From an uncultured Sandaracinaceae bacterium (GTDB lineage: Bacteria > Myxococcota_A > Polyangia > Polyangiales > Houyiibacteriaceae), in contig CAZBWQ010000004.1 in NCBI GenBank assembly GCA_964495565.1, positions 1,703 through 65,702 of the forward strand: DNA of 64,000 nt, given 5' to 3'. Position numbers and translations under genes: made by a program. Below the pieces are notes generated by a model that ran no database searches, had not been told where the DNA came from, and worked only from the letters and a program-made list of their open reading frames with translations. Shown in pieces: positions 63,412 through 64,000 of this stretch. Each line of letters begins with the position of its first letter. Position 1 is the first letter of the stretch.

Positions 63412-64000
63412 TCAGAACAAGAGCTGAAGCTGGACGTTGACGCGCAAGCCGTTCTGGCGCCCCACGTCCCAGAGCTGGGAGATCCACGCGAGCTCGGTCA
63501 CGACCTTGAGACTGTTGCCGATGACGTGCGCCGTCCCGGCCAGCGCGAGCTGGTCGTTGGTGATCTGCCGGCCGTTGTCACCGTATTGCGCAGTCGCCGC
63601 CGCTGGGTCGTCGGCGTTGTCGATCTGAAATTCGCCATAACTGCGTGCGTCCCTGCGGAGCGATCGAGTCAGGTAGGTCGTGCTGTATCGGATTGCCAAC
63701 TCCCAAATCAGCGTGAAGCGATACCCGGCTTCCGCCATGAATCCGACAGGTCCGAACTGCATCTTGCCGCCCTCCCAGGGCTCGTACCATGCCAGGTAGC
63801 TGATCACGTTCACGTGGAAATGGCTGATCTTCCCGAGCCATTCCGCCGAAAGCCGAAGCGCGAGATCCGTGGTGGCGTCCGGTCGAGCGTCCCAAGCGAA
63901 GCCCGCGCCGACGCTGTGACGTAGCTCCCTGGTTCCGAGCACGTCGCTGTTGGTGTCGGTGTTGATCTCGCCGAAATTCCTCGCCACGCGGCCTGCGAGT
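63412..64000 (-). CDS. Outer-membrane beta-barrel porin (C-terminal part; N-terminus beyond window)
   Basis: The frame is open to the window end. Alternating beta-strand pattern with terminal QLQLLF. The subfamily (OprO/P-like?) is not resolved. Confidence 0.5.
   Translation of the reverse strand, partial: LAGRVARNFGEINTDTNSDVLGTRELRHSVGAGFAWDARPDATTDLALRLSAEWLGKISHFHVNVISYLAWYEPWEGGKMQFGPVGFMAEAGYRFTLIWELAIRYSTTYLTRSLRRDARSYGEFQIDNADDPAAATAQYGDNGRQITNDQLALAGTAHVIGNSLKVVTELAWISQLWDVGRQNGLRVNVQLQLLF

Overview
High-GC (mid-60s % by eye, not computed), very gene-dense bacterial chromosomal segment. I call about 54 protein-coding genes, many joined by 1-8 nt start/stop overlaps. I found no rRNA, tRNA, CRISPR array, transposase, integrase or prophage genes. 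The gene content (DUF1588/DUF1552 pair, PA14 protein, many lipoproteins, large polysaccharide locus) suggests a Myxococcota/Polyangia-like genome; this is a low-confidence inference. Main blocks: (1) nt 1-6829, a divergent Baeyer-Villiger monooxygenase plus a translationally coupled oxidoreductase, 2x SDR, sulfotransferase and DUF1214-like operon. (2) nt 7806-10076, an acetylesterase-like lipoprotein and a DUF1207 protein. (3) nt 10096-28599, an 18.5-kb Wzx/Wzy-type exopolysaccharide locus built from two convergent operons, with a CDP-hexose branch, a UDP-GlcA/decarboxylase branch, a GT-C enzyme and a PA14 glycoside hydrolase. (4) a DUF1588/DUF1552 pair plus a 2OG oxygenase. (5) scattered housekeeping genes (kup, serA, slyD). 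(6) nt 41671-48109, a same-strand string of radical SAM (PflX type), P450, PolX-like HhH protein and photolyase-like protein, with a divergent small membrane protein and LysR regulator. (7) an E3-like flavoprotein, an orphan E2 catalytic domain, an orphan CheR-like methyltransferase, several hydrolases, and an 825-aa lipoprotein fusing a nitrilase-superfamily-like domain to a BNR propeller. I see no clear-cut novel system such as a defence island. The best candidates for follow-up are the radical SAM/P450/HhH/photolyase-like string, the CDP-sugar branch lacking a canonical 4,6-dehydratase, and the Cys-to-Ser nitrilase-like/BNR lipoprotein. All family assignments come from motif recognition by eye and need HMM/BLAST confirmation. 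Most long ORFs in the track are shadow ORFs typical of high-GC DNA.
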